Positions 12,570-26,582 of a stretch of DNA of 64,000 bases are shown in pieces. Origin of the DNA: Eledone cirrhosa (lineage: Eukaryota); contig OZ024742.1 in NCBI GenBank assembly GCA_964016885.1, positions 220,038,001 through 220,102,000 on the forward strand, in the 5' to 3' direction. A model generated the notes under the pieces. It was not told the origin of the DNA. It was given only the letters and a program-made list of their open reading frames with translations, and searched no databases. Made by a program: the position numbers and the translations under genes. Within the stretch, counting starts at the first letter, position 1. The number at the start of each line of letters is the position of its first letter.

Positions 12570-13890
12570 GTGTATTTATCACTAAACTATACTGCACTGA
12601 GAGACAATATATCTATTACCACTAAACTGTACAACACTGAATGCCATAGTGTATTTATCACAATAACTGTATTTACCACCACTAAACTGTACCACATTGA
12701 GAGTAACTGTATTTATCACCACTAAACTGTACCACATTGAGAGTAACAGTGTATTTATCACCACTAAACTGTACCACATTGAGAGCAACAGTGTATTTAT
12801 CACCACTAAACTGTACCACATTGAGAGTAACAGTGTATTTACCACCACTAAACTGTACCACATTGAGAGTAACAGTGTATTTATCACCACTAAACTGTAC
12901 CACATTGAGAGTAACTGTATTTATCACCACTAAACTGTACCACACTGAGAGTAACAGTGTATTTATCACCACTAAACTGTACCATATTGAGAGTAACACT
13001 GTATTTACCACCACTAAACTGTACCACATTGAGAGTAACAGTGTATTTATCACCACTAAGCTGTACCACATTGAGAGTAACAGTGTATTTATCACCACTA
13101 AGCTGTACCACATTGAGAGTAACAGTGTATTTATCACCACTAAGCTGTACCACATTGAGAGTAACACTGTATTTATCACCACTAAGCTGTACCACATTGA
13201 GAGTAACAGTGTATTTATCACCACTAAGCTGTACCACATTGAGAGTAACAGTGTATTTATCACCACTAAACTGTACCACATTGAGAGTAACAGTGTATTT
13301 ATCACCACTAAGCTGTACCACATTGAGAGTAACAGTGTATTTATCACCACTAAACTGTACCACATTGAGAGTAACTGTATTTATCACCACTAAACTGTAC
13401 CACATTGAGAGTAACTGTATTTACCACCACTAAACTGTACCACATTGAGAGTAACAGTGTATTTATCACCACTAAGCTGTACCACATTGAGAGTAACTGT
13501 ATTTATCACCACTAAACTGTACCACATTGAGAGTAACAGTGTATTTATCACCACTAAGCTGTACCACATTGAGAGTAACAGTGTATTTATCACCACTAAA
13601 CTGTACCACATTGAGAGTAACACTGTATTTATCACCACAAAACACTACCACATTGAGAGTAACAGTGTATTTATCACCACTAAACTGTACCACATTGAGA
13701 GTAACTGTATTTATCACCACTAAACTGTACCACATTGAGAGTAACTGTATTTATCACCACAAAACACTACCACACTGAGAGTAACAGTATATTTATCACC
13801 ACTAAACTGTATCCCATTGAGAGTAACTGTATTTATCACCACAAAACACTACCACACTCAGAGTAACAGTGTATTTATTGCCACTAAATT
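12570..13890. repeat. 42/40-bp minisatellite, about 30 units
   Basis: Unit GTGTATTTATCACCACTAA(A/G)CTGTACCACATTGAGAGTAACA; homogeneous centre with degenerate edges. Confidence 0.97.
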
Positions 13891-15181
13891 ATATCAGATT
13901 TTAAAAAATGTATACCTTAAAAACAAAAGGCAGAAAATTATCAGATAGTTGATGTCATTAGCTATCAGTTAAATTTTTCATGAACCACATGTATCTATAG
14001 ATAGATGTTCTATAGATACATGTATCCACAGAACATGCATTTATAGAGCATATACTTATAGAACCAATATCCATAAAACTAGCCTCTAGAGAACCGATGT
14101 ACACAGACTCATAATGTCAAGAGAGAAATTCAAAGTAAAATAGTAGGGTAGTGTTATCACAGAAGAAAACTTGTGAGTATTCTCCATAGTTAGATATAGA
14201 TATATAGTGATAGAGTAGAATTAAGTGTTTTGCTCTAAACACACTATAAAAGATCCTCTACGTGGTAATTTCAGCTACTAGAAATAACAATAAAATCTTC
14301 CTTGAATCATACTTGCTATCCTAAAAATAGGACACACTCAAAAATGTAAACTTACATTAATTTGAGTGATCATGACTGAAACACATGATCATAGATCTGC
14401 TAGGTTAGGACTTAGGGATAAACAACAACAATATTTGAAACTGCATCTTATAAACTGGCAGCCAAACATTGTCCACTTGGCAACAAGTACTTCATGAACA
14501 AAAGTTATAGAAAAAAAAATCATGTAAAGCCCCATAAAGTATCAGGAAATAAAGACTATGCCAAGTTTGTGTGGGGAACAGACATCCTATTTTCAGGTGC
14601 AAACTCCCAAGCTATACATAATTTATTATATATCTATTGTTCTTGGTCTATAGGTGGAATTGTGGGATAGGTGAATTGATTAACTCAGGAAAATGCACAC
14701 AAAAAAAATTCATTGTTTTTTTTCTTCTTTTTTGCTTTGTTTTTTGTTTTTCTGTTGCCTTCACAACTTTACTACTGTTCTTCAAATATTCAATGTCAAC
14801 TACTTGTATTCAATATCTGCAATAATATAAGGATGGGGCCCACTATAGAGTCAATGTACAAAGCTTTAATAGAGGCTAATTAATAAGAAGTTTTGATGTA
14901 CTCAACAATGTGTTCATCATCATCATCTATGATGAAAAACTTTTAAGGCAGTTTTCTAGTCACATGCTTTTCTTGATGCCAAGACAGACTTTATTTTTAA
15001 GTATGCTCTATACTATTTGTCCCCATCTAACCACTAGACTGCAGGACACAAACGTCACTGCTTCGTTTAGACAGTGTTGACATGAGAAGGCATGCAGTGA
15101 TATATATATCAATCAATCCTGTTCCCACAACTGGTACGGCCATTTATCGGGATGCCACTCTAGATGCTTTCGTATTTAGAC

Positions 15182-15212
<31 letters not shown>

Positions 15213-15487
15213 CATGTGTGTATGCATGTGTGTTAATAAGGTAGAAATTTAACTGCAAGCTCAGGTGGTTTCAGCTTAAACTTGGCAAGCTTCTTCACAT
15301 ATATATATATATATATAGTAATAATAATAAATGTGAAGACTAACATTCAAAGAGGACTCGATAAGGATAAATATATATCAAATATATAAGAACCCTAGAG
15401 CAAATATTTATTAAAATAACAGATTAAAGTTTAAGCAAAGAATCGCTGCTTTCACCTTTAAACTTTAATCTGTTATTTTAATATATA

Positions 15488-15633
15488 CTAGCAGAATGGC
15501 CTGGCATTGCTCGGGATTTGCTCTAGGGTTCTTATATATTTGATATATATTTATCCTTATCAAGCCTCGTGAAATAAATACGTTTGTTTATATTTTGTTA
15601 TTGTGTATGCAAATATATCTGTACACGAATATA

Positions 15634-15672
<39 letters not shown>

Positions 15673-16192
15673 CAGTACAGAAAAGTACGGAATACCTTGG
15701 CCTCGGGATGGTGTCTACATTTTGTGCTTATAAAAAAAATTCGTCGTAGATTACCAGAGTTTTTTTCCGTGCGAAGAAAATCAATACTTTATCGCGAAAT
15801 AAATACTTTTGTTTATATTTTGTTATTGTGTATGCAAAAATATCTGTACACGAATATATAATTATATATATATATATATTAAAATGACAGATTAAAGTTT
15901 AAGCAAAGAATCGCTGCTTTCACCCTTAATGGAATCTTCTGAAACTAAAAAAAAATCAATCTGTGAACCCAGAAGTAAATATTTCGAAAAACGTTACACA
16001 CTATATATATATATACACACACTATATATACATATATACACACACACACCGCATCATAATATTGTAATGCAGACAGTCAGATATACAGACAGATATTATA
16101 AGGTAAAGTTTGAAAGTGTAATAAGTGTAAAGTTTGAAAACAATCGGTTGGGTGGTTCTCGAGTTTTAGTAAGCTGACAGACAGACATTCTC

Positions 16193-16205
<13 letters not shown>
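15488..16205 (-). mobile_element. non-autonomous Helitron-like element
   Basis: Minus-strand 3' end CCCGAGCAATGCCAGG..CTAG|T. The 5' region (TATATATAAAACAGAGAATGTCTGTCTGTC..AACCGATT) merges into (TA)n. Internal direct repeat at about 15568-15670/15793-15878. Confidence 0.65.
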
Positions 16206-16240
<35 letters not shown>

Positions 16241-16919
16241 CATCATCTTCATCATTTAACATCCGCTTTCTCTGCTAGCAAGGGTTGGACAGGTCTATAT
16301 AGACTAAGCCAGTACTGAAGTGGGGCTATAGACCTCCCAGACAGGCCAAGGGGTCTGCATCCTGCTTATGTATGGTCATATGTTCTATTGAGTACAGAGG
16401 AGAAGTTGTCGTGTCTTTTGATAAGTTTCTTCAATTTCTCTTCTAAATTCACTCATAAGGAATTAGCTGACCCTTGGTTATAGTAGAAGACATTTGCCTA
16501 ATGTGACATACAGTGGTATCTAACACAAAACTATTTGCTTGCATAGCAAACTTCTTAACCATACAGCTATGTCTGCACCTTTTTACAGAATTTTTAAAAT
16601 ATCGAAGATGATCAAATATGCTACCCACCCTGTGAGTTGAATAGGCTATGTAATAAAGTCATTGAATGGGAGTGGGCTACATTCCAAAATCTGGGTTTCC
16701 TGTTCATGTTAGATTATTTCAGGACTGAAGTGTTATTGATCTTCTACAAGGCAAACATGTGCACAAAAGGGTATTGTTCTTATATATGGGTCAATGCAGG
16801 TGACATAAATAGAAACATGCATAGAACCACACAATATTACTCACATATGTAGGACAATACAACTAGTATACATACATGTGTACCACAATATACTATTACC
16901 CATATATATATATGAATAT

Positions 16920-17140
16920 GCATGGCCTAACTGTTAGAGTGCTTGATGTATGGTTGTAAGGCCAATGGTTCGATTCCTGGACAGGCATTTCCTGTTGCTC
17001 CAGTACATTCAACTGAGATGAGTACCATCAATAGACTGGCATCCTGTCCAGAGAGAGGCTTGTACTCTCAGTCGCTCAATCCCAAGGAACCCAGGGATAA
17101 GGATTGGCCTGATGAACCTTTGGCTTAGAACAGACTTTAA
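16920..17140 (+). mobile_element. old tRNA-headed SINE, related to 37371-37625 and 34900-35180(-)
   Basis: Decayed A and B boxes (GGTTCGATTCC), CORE-like body, GACTGGCATCCTGTCCAG tail. Confidence 0.6.
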
Positions 17141-18281
17141 CTTAAAATACATATATATATATGGAAGAATATAGATGATATTTATACACATATATGTAAT
17201 GCACACCATTACATATATGGAACAATACAGCGATGATACAGACAAATATGTACCTCACAAGAGAGAACTGCTCACATATATAGGACAATGTTTATAGGTA
17301 GCATACATACAGATATTTTGAATAAATAAAAAACATTTGACTGATAGATAAACCTTTGTACATTATTAGAACTCAATATTCACAGAAGTACCATTTCTTT
17401 TTAATTGTTCACCAAATATATTTCACTCTCCAGACCATATTCTTGGCAATCTTTCCTCTTCAAAACTGTATCCCTCTGGAATTCACTACTTGCTCAACAT
17501 TTCATTACAAATATTGACTTGCCAAAACCTAAATCTTTTCAAACACAGCCAGAAGAAATCCAACAAAGAAATTAAGAATCTCATAGATGTGTATTCACAC
17601 AGAAAAGGTATGCACAGAAGCCTTCAATTCATACATCAGGATTGGTGTATTTATCACTTAGATTTGGAATCATCTCAAAAAGAAAGTAGTATTTATCGAC
17701 TGGATTCATAACACATTTAATCCAACACGGTCCAGGCATGGCTGTGTGATTAAGAAATACACTTTGCAACCATGTTGGTTTTCGATTTGACCCCACTGAG
17801 TGTAATTCTGATGAAGAAAACTTTTTATGTATAATATATCATTAACATCAGTTTTAACATCTGCTTTTCCATTCTATCATGGGTTTTTGAGACTTTTGAG
17901 GCAGCATTTTTAAGACTGAATATTCTTCCTGAACCAACACTTTCTAATGCTGGTACACCATATCTTTTGTGTATCATAAGAGTTGACTAAAAAGAAGGGC
18001 ATCTGGCCATAAAATAACTGGCTCCAAAAAATCCCATCTAACCCATTCCAGCATGGGATGGAAAATTAGATGGAAATTGGATTTTTCATCTCATTATGAC
18101 GATGATGATATATATATCTTTCATTAATCTATATCAATAATGTATGTAAACATCATCTAGAAAACCGAAAAACCAGTCCTTTTTGAACAAAGTGTTTAGT
18201 GATATTTATTCTAGATTGTATTATAGACACACCCTCATTACTCTTGCTTTGAAACAGATAATCTCATTAGAAACCTATAAC

Positions 18282-18577
18282 CAGTGGTGTAGCTAGGGAA
18301 AATAGCACCTATGGCAAGCAGTAAAATTGCACCCCTTCCCAACCTTATTCTTTACTACGGGCCTAATGATTTATATAAATAGTTTAATGATCCAGCCAGC
18401 ATAGTGTTCTTGCCCATGATAGTCAAAGACAAATCATACATCTGAAGAAGTTTCTTTTTCCACTGTCCGATGGTGGCTTATCTGACATTAATAGAAAGTG
18501 CTCCTAGTCCAAGTGGTGCCACTCTCCCCTTCATGTGGCGCATGTGGCACGCTTGCCAGACCATAGTTACACCTCTG
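18282..18577. mobile_element. hAT-like MITE
   Basis: TIRs CAGTGGTGTAGCTA / TAGTTACACCTCTG; 8-bp TSD CCTATAAC / CTTGTAAC (6/8 match). Confidence 0.7.
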
Positions 18578-19055
18578 CTTGTAACCAGTAACTATTATTC
18601 ACCAATTAAAATATAAAAAAGATAAGCATAATGAACCATCTTTATAATGTTTCCTTACACTATTACTCCAACTGTAATTATAACAATTTCTGCTTCTTTA
18701 AATGTGATCAATTAACTTTTACAGGGCCTTCAAGATTGGTGAAAGGTAGTTATCCTTCTATCAAATATCTACCCTGACTATCTGCAACAGAACAGGCTCA
18801 CAAAAATCACCAGAATTTCAAGTCATAGTGTTAAATGAAGCAAGAGATTAAATCTACCAATCAATAAAATGAATGGTCCCTCTGACAGGCTTCTGCACAG
18901 TTACTGGATATCGAATTTCATTCTCAAAGCTTCTGTTGACTTGATAGAAAATACAGGCACACAGGATTGAACATCAAAGCACATAGTTACAAAGCAAATT
19001 TGTTAACCACACAGTCATGACTGCATCTGTATAGACCACATTATATACTAAATTG

Positions 19056-19242
19056 AGGGGCGGTGGATTGGCAGTATCGGTAGAGATTCGGACGCCATGC
19101 TTTCCAGCATAGTTACGTCCCTTTGCGGTCTGAGTTCAAATCCCGCCGAGGTTAACTTTGCCTTTCATCCTTACGGGGTCGATAAAATAAAGTACCAGTA
19201 ATGTACTGGGTAATTGATGGCCTTGTGCCAAAAGTAGAAACA
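19056..19242 (+). mobile_element. SINE family B (tRNA head, Meta-like core, ...CCTTGTGCCAAAAGTAGAAACA tail)
   Basis: B-box GAGTTCAAATCC; core GCCTTTCATCCTTACGGGGTCGATAAAATAAAGTACCAG; perfect 16-bp TSD ATTATATACTAAATTG. Confidence 0.9.
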
Positions 19243-19559
19243 ATTATATACTAAATTGCTGAATCCTTCTTTATCAGACTTGCAACCTCTGGAATTTCTT
19301 ACCTACCAATAATTTTCCTCCATGATTCACTTGTATGTGACCTATATTTATTCATCCCATATCAGTTATCCCATATCTTTGTCCACCAAGTTTAAAAGTG
19401 ATGCTTGGACACCAGGACTTTAGGAGCTCCTTGTGTTTTAAATAAGAAATTTACCTTTTGTCATTGGGTTGTGGTGGTTTGTTTACTCGATAGTAAGTAT
19501 GTAGTGACAATAGAGGTCAATGGATATAAACTGAAAAAGGTATGAAACCTCCCTACCAA

Positions 19560-19970
19560 TTTGAAATAGGAATATGTGAGAATGGAGCTGTGGCTACAAC
19601 TATACTCCAATTCAATCCAACCCAGGGCCTTCTCACTCCTTTGGGAGTAAGCCCCTCCTTGCTTGACTTCTCCCACTTTCTGTTTGGTTTTGGTAATGTT
19701 TTCAGGGGTGTAGCCATACTCACAACACTTGGCCAATTGTGGGTAGGTGAGGCTATTTAACCCATAGTTGAAGTGGGTGGCCAATCACTCTGAGGAGTTC
19801 AACTTCCCTTTTAGCAGCTCTTGTTTTTTGTGCTCCTGGAGTTCCACTTACTCTCCTCACTAGACCAGGATCTGGTGGGGGAGCCAGTTTAGTCAACCAG
19901 TCAACCATAAAACAGGATGTAGTGGGTTACATAGTACCAGTAGCAAGCAGAAGCCTGTCCTGACCATAAC
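19560..19970. repeat. unclassified interspersed repeat, second copy at about 59370-59765
   Basis: Shared blocks CCAGGGCCTTCTCACTCC, TTGGCCAATTG, GACCAGGA.CTGGTGGG and GTACCAGTAGCA.GCAGAAG in the same order. Confidence 0.75.
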
Positions 19971-20591
19971 ATCTGTACTAAAGCAGTAATATCTGGAAAA
20001 TAGGGTCTTGTTTTTAAGAACTGATATTTAGTTCCAATATCATGGTGTTATGTAAATAAAAGATATATTTCCCTTAGATAGAACACCAGTCTATCACAAG
20101 AACACTTCCATGTGATCATGTAGTTGTTTCTGACAGATAGGGATAACTGCACCGTGTAGTTATTTTTATTGAGGATTTGACCTGATGACCTCTGGTCTAG
20201 TGTTCCCATACATTATCTCAACTGCTTTTATATCTATAGAGCAGCTGAATGAACAACAATAATTGTGAAAAGAAGAGGGTACAGAAGAAGAGTAGGATAT
20301 CTGTTGTGGTTTCATTAAATAATGATTTATCATCCAACAGTGCTAAGATATTGCAGTAAAAGTTGTGGACATGAGATGCCATCATATGTAACTTCACTTA
20401 CTACTAATTCTCTAATTCTATCAAACATTGATAACATGAACCAGCTATTTCTACTTCATCATCTTTCCTTGTAAAATAAACTCCAATTTGGCGTTCTTGA
20501 AATGCCATTGTTGGCAACAACATATTGTAAACACAGTCACAAAAAAGCTGAAAGATGTTGGTTTTTAAATAGATATATGCAACAAGCACAT

Positions 20592-20715
20592 AGGTGGCGA
20601 ATTGGCAGAGTCATTAGAACATTGGATAGAATGCTTTGTGGTATTCTTTTGGCTCTCTGAGTTCAAATCCTGTTGAGGTCAACTTTTCCAAAGTACCAGT
20701 CAAGTAATGGGGTTG
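20592..20715 (+). mobile_element. decayed SINE B
   Basis: GGTGGCGAATTGGCAG head, GAGTTCAAATCC, AGTACCAG. Confidence 0.6.
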
Positions 20716-21889
20716 AGTCTTCCTCTATATCTCTTTCTCACTTCCATTTTCTCACTCTCTATCCTTCTCTGGAAGAAATCTTCTGCAGTCAGACATGGAG
20801 AGGTTTGGGCTCTGCCAGGTTTTAAAATGCCATAGAAATACTGTATGTCAATATGGCACACCTACAACTCCCTCAGGAGTTCCGGGACCATACATGCAGA
20901 AAGCAGATACCACATCAATTGAAATGTAGTCATTAAAGGGTGTTTGATTTCTAACCTGCTCAAATAAGTCTCAGAACTTGCATCATAAACATACACTGGT
21001 AATTAAACTCTGTTTAGAGACTAGAGGCTCATCAAACTGGAACTTATCCAGGTTTCATGTGACATAAAATGAGTAAGATTACAAAAGTTCATCCTCAGTA
21101 GGATGCTAGTCCCTTCCAAGGATGACTTGTAAAGATATGTGATCATTGATTAAAACACTGGGTTTTATTTCTAGAGTGAGTGGTGCATCATGTTCACTAA
21201 GCTAAAAAAATAAGTACCACCACCACCAGCAGTATCTGAGGGTTAACATTGAAAACAAACTGGTACCTTGTCTGGAGGATAGTCTTGTATTGTCAGTTGC
21301 TTAACATCAAATGAAACAGAGATAAGCTGCAGCCTGAGGGGTCTGCTTGACTTGAGAAAGACTTTAACATCTTGATTGTATCCCAGTATTCTTTTATCTG
21401 CAGTTGGGCCTCACAGTTAAACATTTTTTTCTTTTTTTTTAATATTGAAAATGAGGGATGTCAAGTGTAATAGTCTACCAATCTGGTAAAGAATGTCTAT
21501 CTAACTTCCAATTTACTACTGAATGGAGTGGAAAGAGTAGGAAGTGTCTTTGAAGTTTAGTAGTAATATGGGAAGTCTTGAGGTAAAGATAACGATCGTT
21601 GGTTGATGTCCAGCTGGAAGCTGGTAGCAAAAAGAGGTGGTGAATTGAGTGGGGAAGATGGGTTTATTAATTAAACTGAAATTTTATGAGATCACGCTCT
21701 TGTTGATGAAGAATTTCAGTTGATTTATGATTTATTGATATTTAAAACAGTTTGTCGTTAAAACCAAGTTTTCAATTTTATTTATCATTACTGATCATTT
21801 AATTTTAATTAATTGGAATAACTGTGCTCTCATTTTCATATTTATAACAATTAAATGCACTCAGCATATTTCTCTATAACTTGAGTGTA

Positions 21890-22040
21890 GCTTAATGAAT
21901 GTTACCTAATGAGTAAACCTAAATGAATGTATTTAAATGAGTTTATCTAAATGAGTACACAAATGTGTCAAACTAAAGGACTGTCTCTAAATGAATCACC
22001 CTAATGAGTCAATGTTAATGAGTGTACCTTAATGAGTGAA
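21890..22040. repeat. degenerate about 15-bp tandem repeat with TAAATGAGT core
   Basis: About 10 periodic units visible. Confidence 0.7.
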
Positions 22041-23334
22041 AAATTATGGATAATCTAGAATAATTTTATCTCTTGAATGAAGGATATAAAAAAATTAAAT
22101 TAAAATTTTATTTTCAAACAAATGATTGCCAATCTTTCATTGAAATTTCCTCTAGAAATGTTTGGTTATTATAACTTTCCCTCTCAGCAACTATGAGAAA
22201 TTATTGATGTTTTTTTTTTTTTTTTTCTTTAATTTTCTGTTAAATCGAAATTCTTGGTATTAAAATAGTTGTAGTATTTTCTATCAGAAAATTCTTATAA
22301 CAAAGTTTTTGACTGAACAAAACACACACATGCACACATTAATTCTAATTTAAAAAAAAATAACATTAACAGTCATTCAAAGTATTATTTAATACAGGTG
22401 AAATTTTAGAGTATTGATAAAAATCTTCTATTATTTGTAGTGGATAAAGGTGATCATCATAAATGATAAAAATGGCTGTTTTAAAATATAAGCAATTATC
22501 TACAGACAACCATCTATTTCTAGAAGTGTTGTAGAATTAATAAGTAAATACATATACCCCTGAAATTACAATTTATACAGTTTGTTAATTACACTTGCAA
22601 GAAAACCTTACAAATAAATGTTGAAATATAATAAATAAAATTCTAAATATTTGGTGAAATTAAGGCATGTTTTCTATTCTAAGCCATCTAAATATCATTA
22701 GTGCCAACAAAAAAGAAAAAAAAGTTCGTGAAATTTACTGTAAAGAGTATTTAAAGTATTTTTAGGAGGACTAAACAAAAATTTAATTATTTTTTTAAAT
22801 TGTACAAAAAGTATGGAAATATTTCTATAGCAAGTAGTTTCCAGTTTCACAAGAAATAGAAATGCAAAAGAAAAAAAATAAACTGAAAAGCAGGAAATGA
22901 AACTGCTACTAATTAAAGGGACTCAGTTTAAAGATCACATGAAAGTTATGTTTACTACTTTGCCTCATCTATATCAATAGAATGGCAATAGATCCCATCA
23001 TACAGTAAAAAAATTATAAATTCTTCATTGTGAATTGTTTTCTTCCAGTAATTAATGGAATTAATAAAATATAATAATAATGATTTTTCAGATATTTAGG
23101 TATAATAAAGTAACAGAAAAAGTAAATAAGGGATGATTTTATTAATTAATCAAAAATAATGATTTTTTTTTTATATCCTTTGCTCTTAATTTAGGCACAA
23201 GGCCAGCAATTTCAAAGGATAACAGTCGATTAAATCAACCCCAGTTCTTGACTGGTACTTTATTTCATCGACCCAGGAAGGATGAAACATAAAATTGACC
23301 AGAGTATCATTCAAACTTCAAACATAGAGTTAGA

Positions 23335-23390
<56 letters not shown>

Positions 23391-23990
23391 CAACAACAAC
23401 AATAATAATAATAATAATATAGACTCAATATGAAGAAACATTAAAAATTAAATGAACAATAGTTCTGAATAATATGTAAATTCATCTTGTTATATATTTA
23501 TAAATTATATTCATATATTCATATTTAAAAATTGCTTTTTTTTTTTTTAATTTCATCCAATTACATTTTTTTTTTAATTGGATTCAAGATATGGAAACAA
23601 TTTTTGATATTTTAGAAACTGGAATATGTATTGAACATTTTATCAAAATAAATCATTTTAATGAAATACATTTTTTTGATAAATTCTATACTAAAATATA
23701 GAGGAATGTTAAAATGGAAAAAGTAAGAATAAAAAGTACACATATGAAATCACCACCAGTGTGAATATTATTGAATAATGATAATAATAATAATAACAAT
23801 AATATGTGTGTGTGTACGTGTGTGTGTTTGTGTGTGTGTATTTGTATATATGAATACACGCACACATACATATACATATATTGTAGAATGACTAACTGAT
23901 ACATAGTGAAAAGAGGGAGAATGGTAAGGAAAGGAAGGTAACAAGCGGGATGTGAAGAAAAGTGAAGGTAGACAAGTTAGAGAATCTTAC

Positions 23991-24037
23991 CTTGGTCTTC
24001 TTATAACATACTCACAAACATCATTGGGAGCTGTCAT
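23991..24037 (-). CDS. candidate first coding exon (MTAPNDVCEYVIRRP+AG) of an unidentified gene
   Basis: ACT-ATG start context and strong donor CCAAG|GTAAGA at 23991/23990. Lies in a unique, CpG-retaining, TE-poor region. No protein family recognised and no downstream exon found. Confidence 0.35.
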
Positions 24038-25904
24038 AGTAATAGAACTATCTCTCCGTTCACATACCCCCTTGCACCAAAGTGCAGCCCGACCTTTCAG
24101 GCAGGAAATAGCGCCGTGGGGCAGCGTGGTGACCACAACAACAACAAGTAGTGATTAGAATTATATTTAGCATAAAAACCGCGATAACGAAAAAACATCT
24201 GCCGCAAGAAGAGGGAATGGAAGAAGAATAATATTGGTAGTTCTTGCAAAGTATCCTGCTGGACTTTCGGTCAGATAAATGACCATGAAGCATAACAGCG
24301 GAGATTTTTGTTTTTTTTGTGTGTGTGTGTGATTGTTGGACAGCAGTAATGAACAGTGGCGATGATCAGTAGAGAAATAAACCGACAGATACATACATCA
24401 ATGATGCCGACAACAACCATGACAACTACAACTACAGTTCATGCAGGTTAGGTACTTAATAATCTTCTCGGCAACATCTGATAATCCTTCAGCAGAATTA
24501 TATAATATACATTTATATAGATATATACTTATAAACTAAGCACACATACACACACATGCACACATGCGGCATGCATATAGCGAGCAAAGACACTGCAATA
24601 AATGCAGTGTCACATTTGAGTCATATCCTCCTGATAGCAACAACAACAAGAAAAGTTAACTAGTCAAATACATCTGATTTCTCTCTTCCATCTTGTTGTT
24701 ATGTGTTCAGTGTAATAGTAAATGTTGCATGCCAGAGTATAACAACCCAAAGACAGTATAGCAAGCACTCAGTTGAAAATATTGGAAGGGAGATGTAGCA
24801 TCAGTAGCAGCATCAGCAGCATCATTATCAGCAGTAGAAACAATTGCAGCAGTTGTTTATACTGCAGCAGCAGCAGCCACAGGTAGCATTGGTTCCCTTT
24901 ACTGACTAGATTTTTCACTTGCGTTGTTGTGAAGCAGTTTTATCACAACTGAGAAGAACATTTTGATGAGCGAGTCAAATAAAAGAACAACAACAACTAT
25001 CTCTACACTTACAGTAGCACATAGACCGACTGGACTGTACATTAAATATACCTTACACACACACACCCACAACTATATGCATACACACACACACACATAT
25101 ATATATTATTTATACAAATATATATTCAAACATTTATATGCACAAACATCTATATATACATACACACACATATGGGAATTTATATGCACACATACAGACA
25201 TACATTAATACAAACCTAGTTTTGCACATGCAAACACAGAATAGTTCCTTTAATAAGTAACACTACACACACACACACACACATATATCTAACAAATTAA
25301 TGAACTGAACACTAGTTCGATAAATTACAAATCTGAAATCATGTGTCCTAATGCAGATGAAAATTTGATTTTAGATTAATATTCAGCTTTACATAATTTA
25401 ATTAGACATATTTAATTTAATTTAATTAATATGTAGAAATATTTGTTAGGGGTCGACTGTAGTTGTCCTTCAGGTAGGTAGAGGATGATGTGAGTGTCTG
25501 GAAGACTGATAATGTACAGACAATCACCACTGATAGAAAGAAACCTACAACTAACAGCAGCAACAGCAATATCAGCAGCAACAACAACATCAAGTCTGTC
25601 ACTGTTACCCCCCCGCCTCACCCCTCTGCTGTGCTCTCTAGCTTGGCTATTTTTAGGAAATTTCTGTTTTGAGAGGAAACATTTTTTTTTTAAACACAAT
25701 TCTAAACTCAAAACGTTTTTAAATTCTAAGTTAAAATATTAAAACATTTTTTGAATTTCATTATATAGTAGTTGTTATTTTATTGTGTAGTTTATGCTAA
25801 AGTTCAACTTTTGTCATTTTTTATTAAACTACTAATATAATAATAATTCATTGATTAATTAATTATTATTAATAATAATAATAACAATAATAATAATAAT
25901 AATA

Positions 25905-26275
25905 ATAATGGTTTCTGAATTAGGCACAAGGTCAGCAATTTGAAGAGAAGGGAAAGGCGATTAAATCGATCCCAGTGTGTTACTGGTACTTTATTTTATC
26001 GACTCTGTAAGGATGAAAGGCAGAGCTAACCTTGGCGGGATTTAAACTCAGATTATAAAGGGATGTAACTATATGCTGCAAAGCTTGTTATCGGTGCTCG
26101 ACCAATAAAGGCAATCCAAGAAGAAATATTTTTAATCTAGACACAAGGCCTGCAATTTGTGGAAGAAGAAGATGGGAAAGTTGATTATATTGACCCCAGT
26201 ATCTAATTGGTGCATTTTTATCAATACCAGGAGAATGAAAGGTAATGTTGATCTTGGTGACTTAAATACAGAACT
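25905..26275 (-). mobile_element. two adjacent SINE B copies, the first ending in an (ATT)n run
   Basis: Meta-like core and tail twice; (AAT)n at about 25870-25909. Confidence 0.7.
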
Positions 26276-26276
26276 T

Positions 26277-26580
26277 ACTTTGACTTAGAAGCTCCAGCGT
26301 CTTGAGACGCATGAGGCAGCCAAAGTGCTCCAATGACCATAGTCAATACATCGTTCCAACTTTTTGTTGATGGTTTCAGGTCTCTGTTGATTGTCTGCCA
26401 CCAGTTTATCTTGAGACATCCTCTTCGCCTCTTTCCATGAGGGTACAGGACCTGATTAGGATGTCTCTAACTTGGGTGGGAGTCATGTAACATGTCCCAA
26501 CCAGCCAAGTTGATGCTTGCACATGATGTTAGACACATGTTGTTGGTGAGTTCATTGATTAATTTCAGTGTGGGTGTATA
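26277..26580 (-). mobile_element. RTE-like LINE 3' fragment of another family
   Basis: Minus strand gives WLGHVT..P..RHPNQVL..GKRRRG..K.NW.QT-like text and a TAAG-type tail. Confidence 0.6.
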
Positions 26581-26582
26581 TT

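Noticed and set aside
12570-13890. Possible CRISPR array or repeat-protein gene
   Set aside because: There are no unique spacers or cas genes and the context is eukaryotic. Frame-shifting 40-bp units argue against coding.
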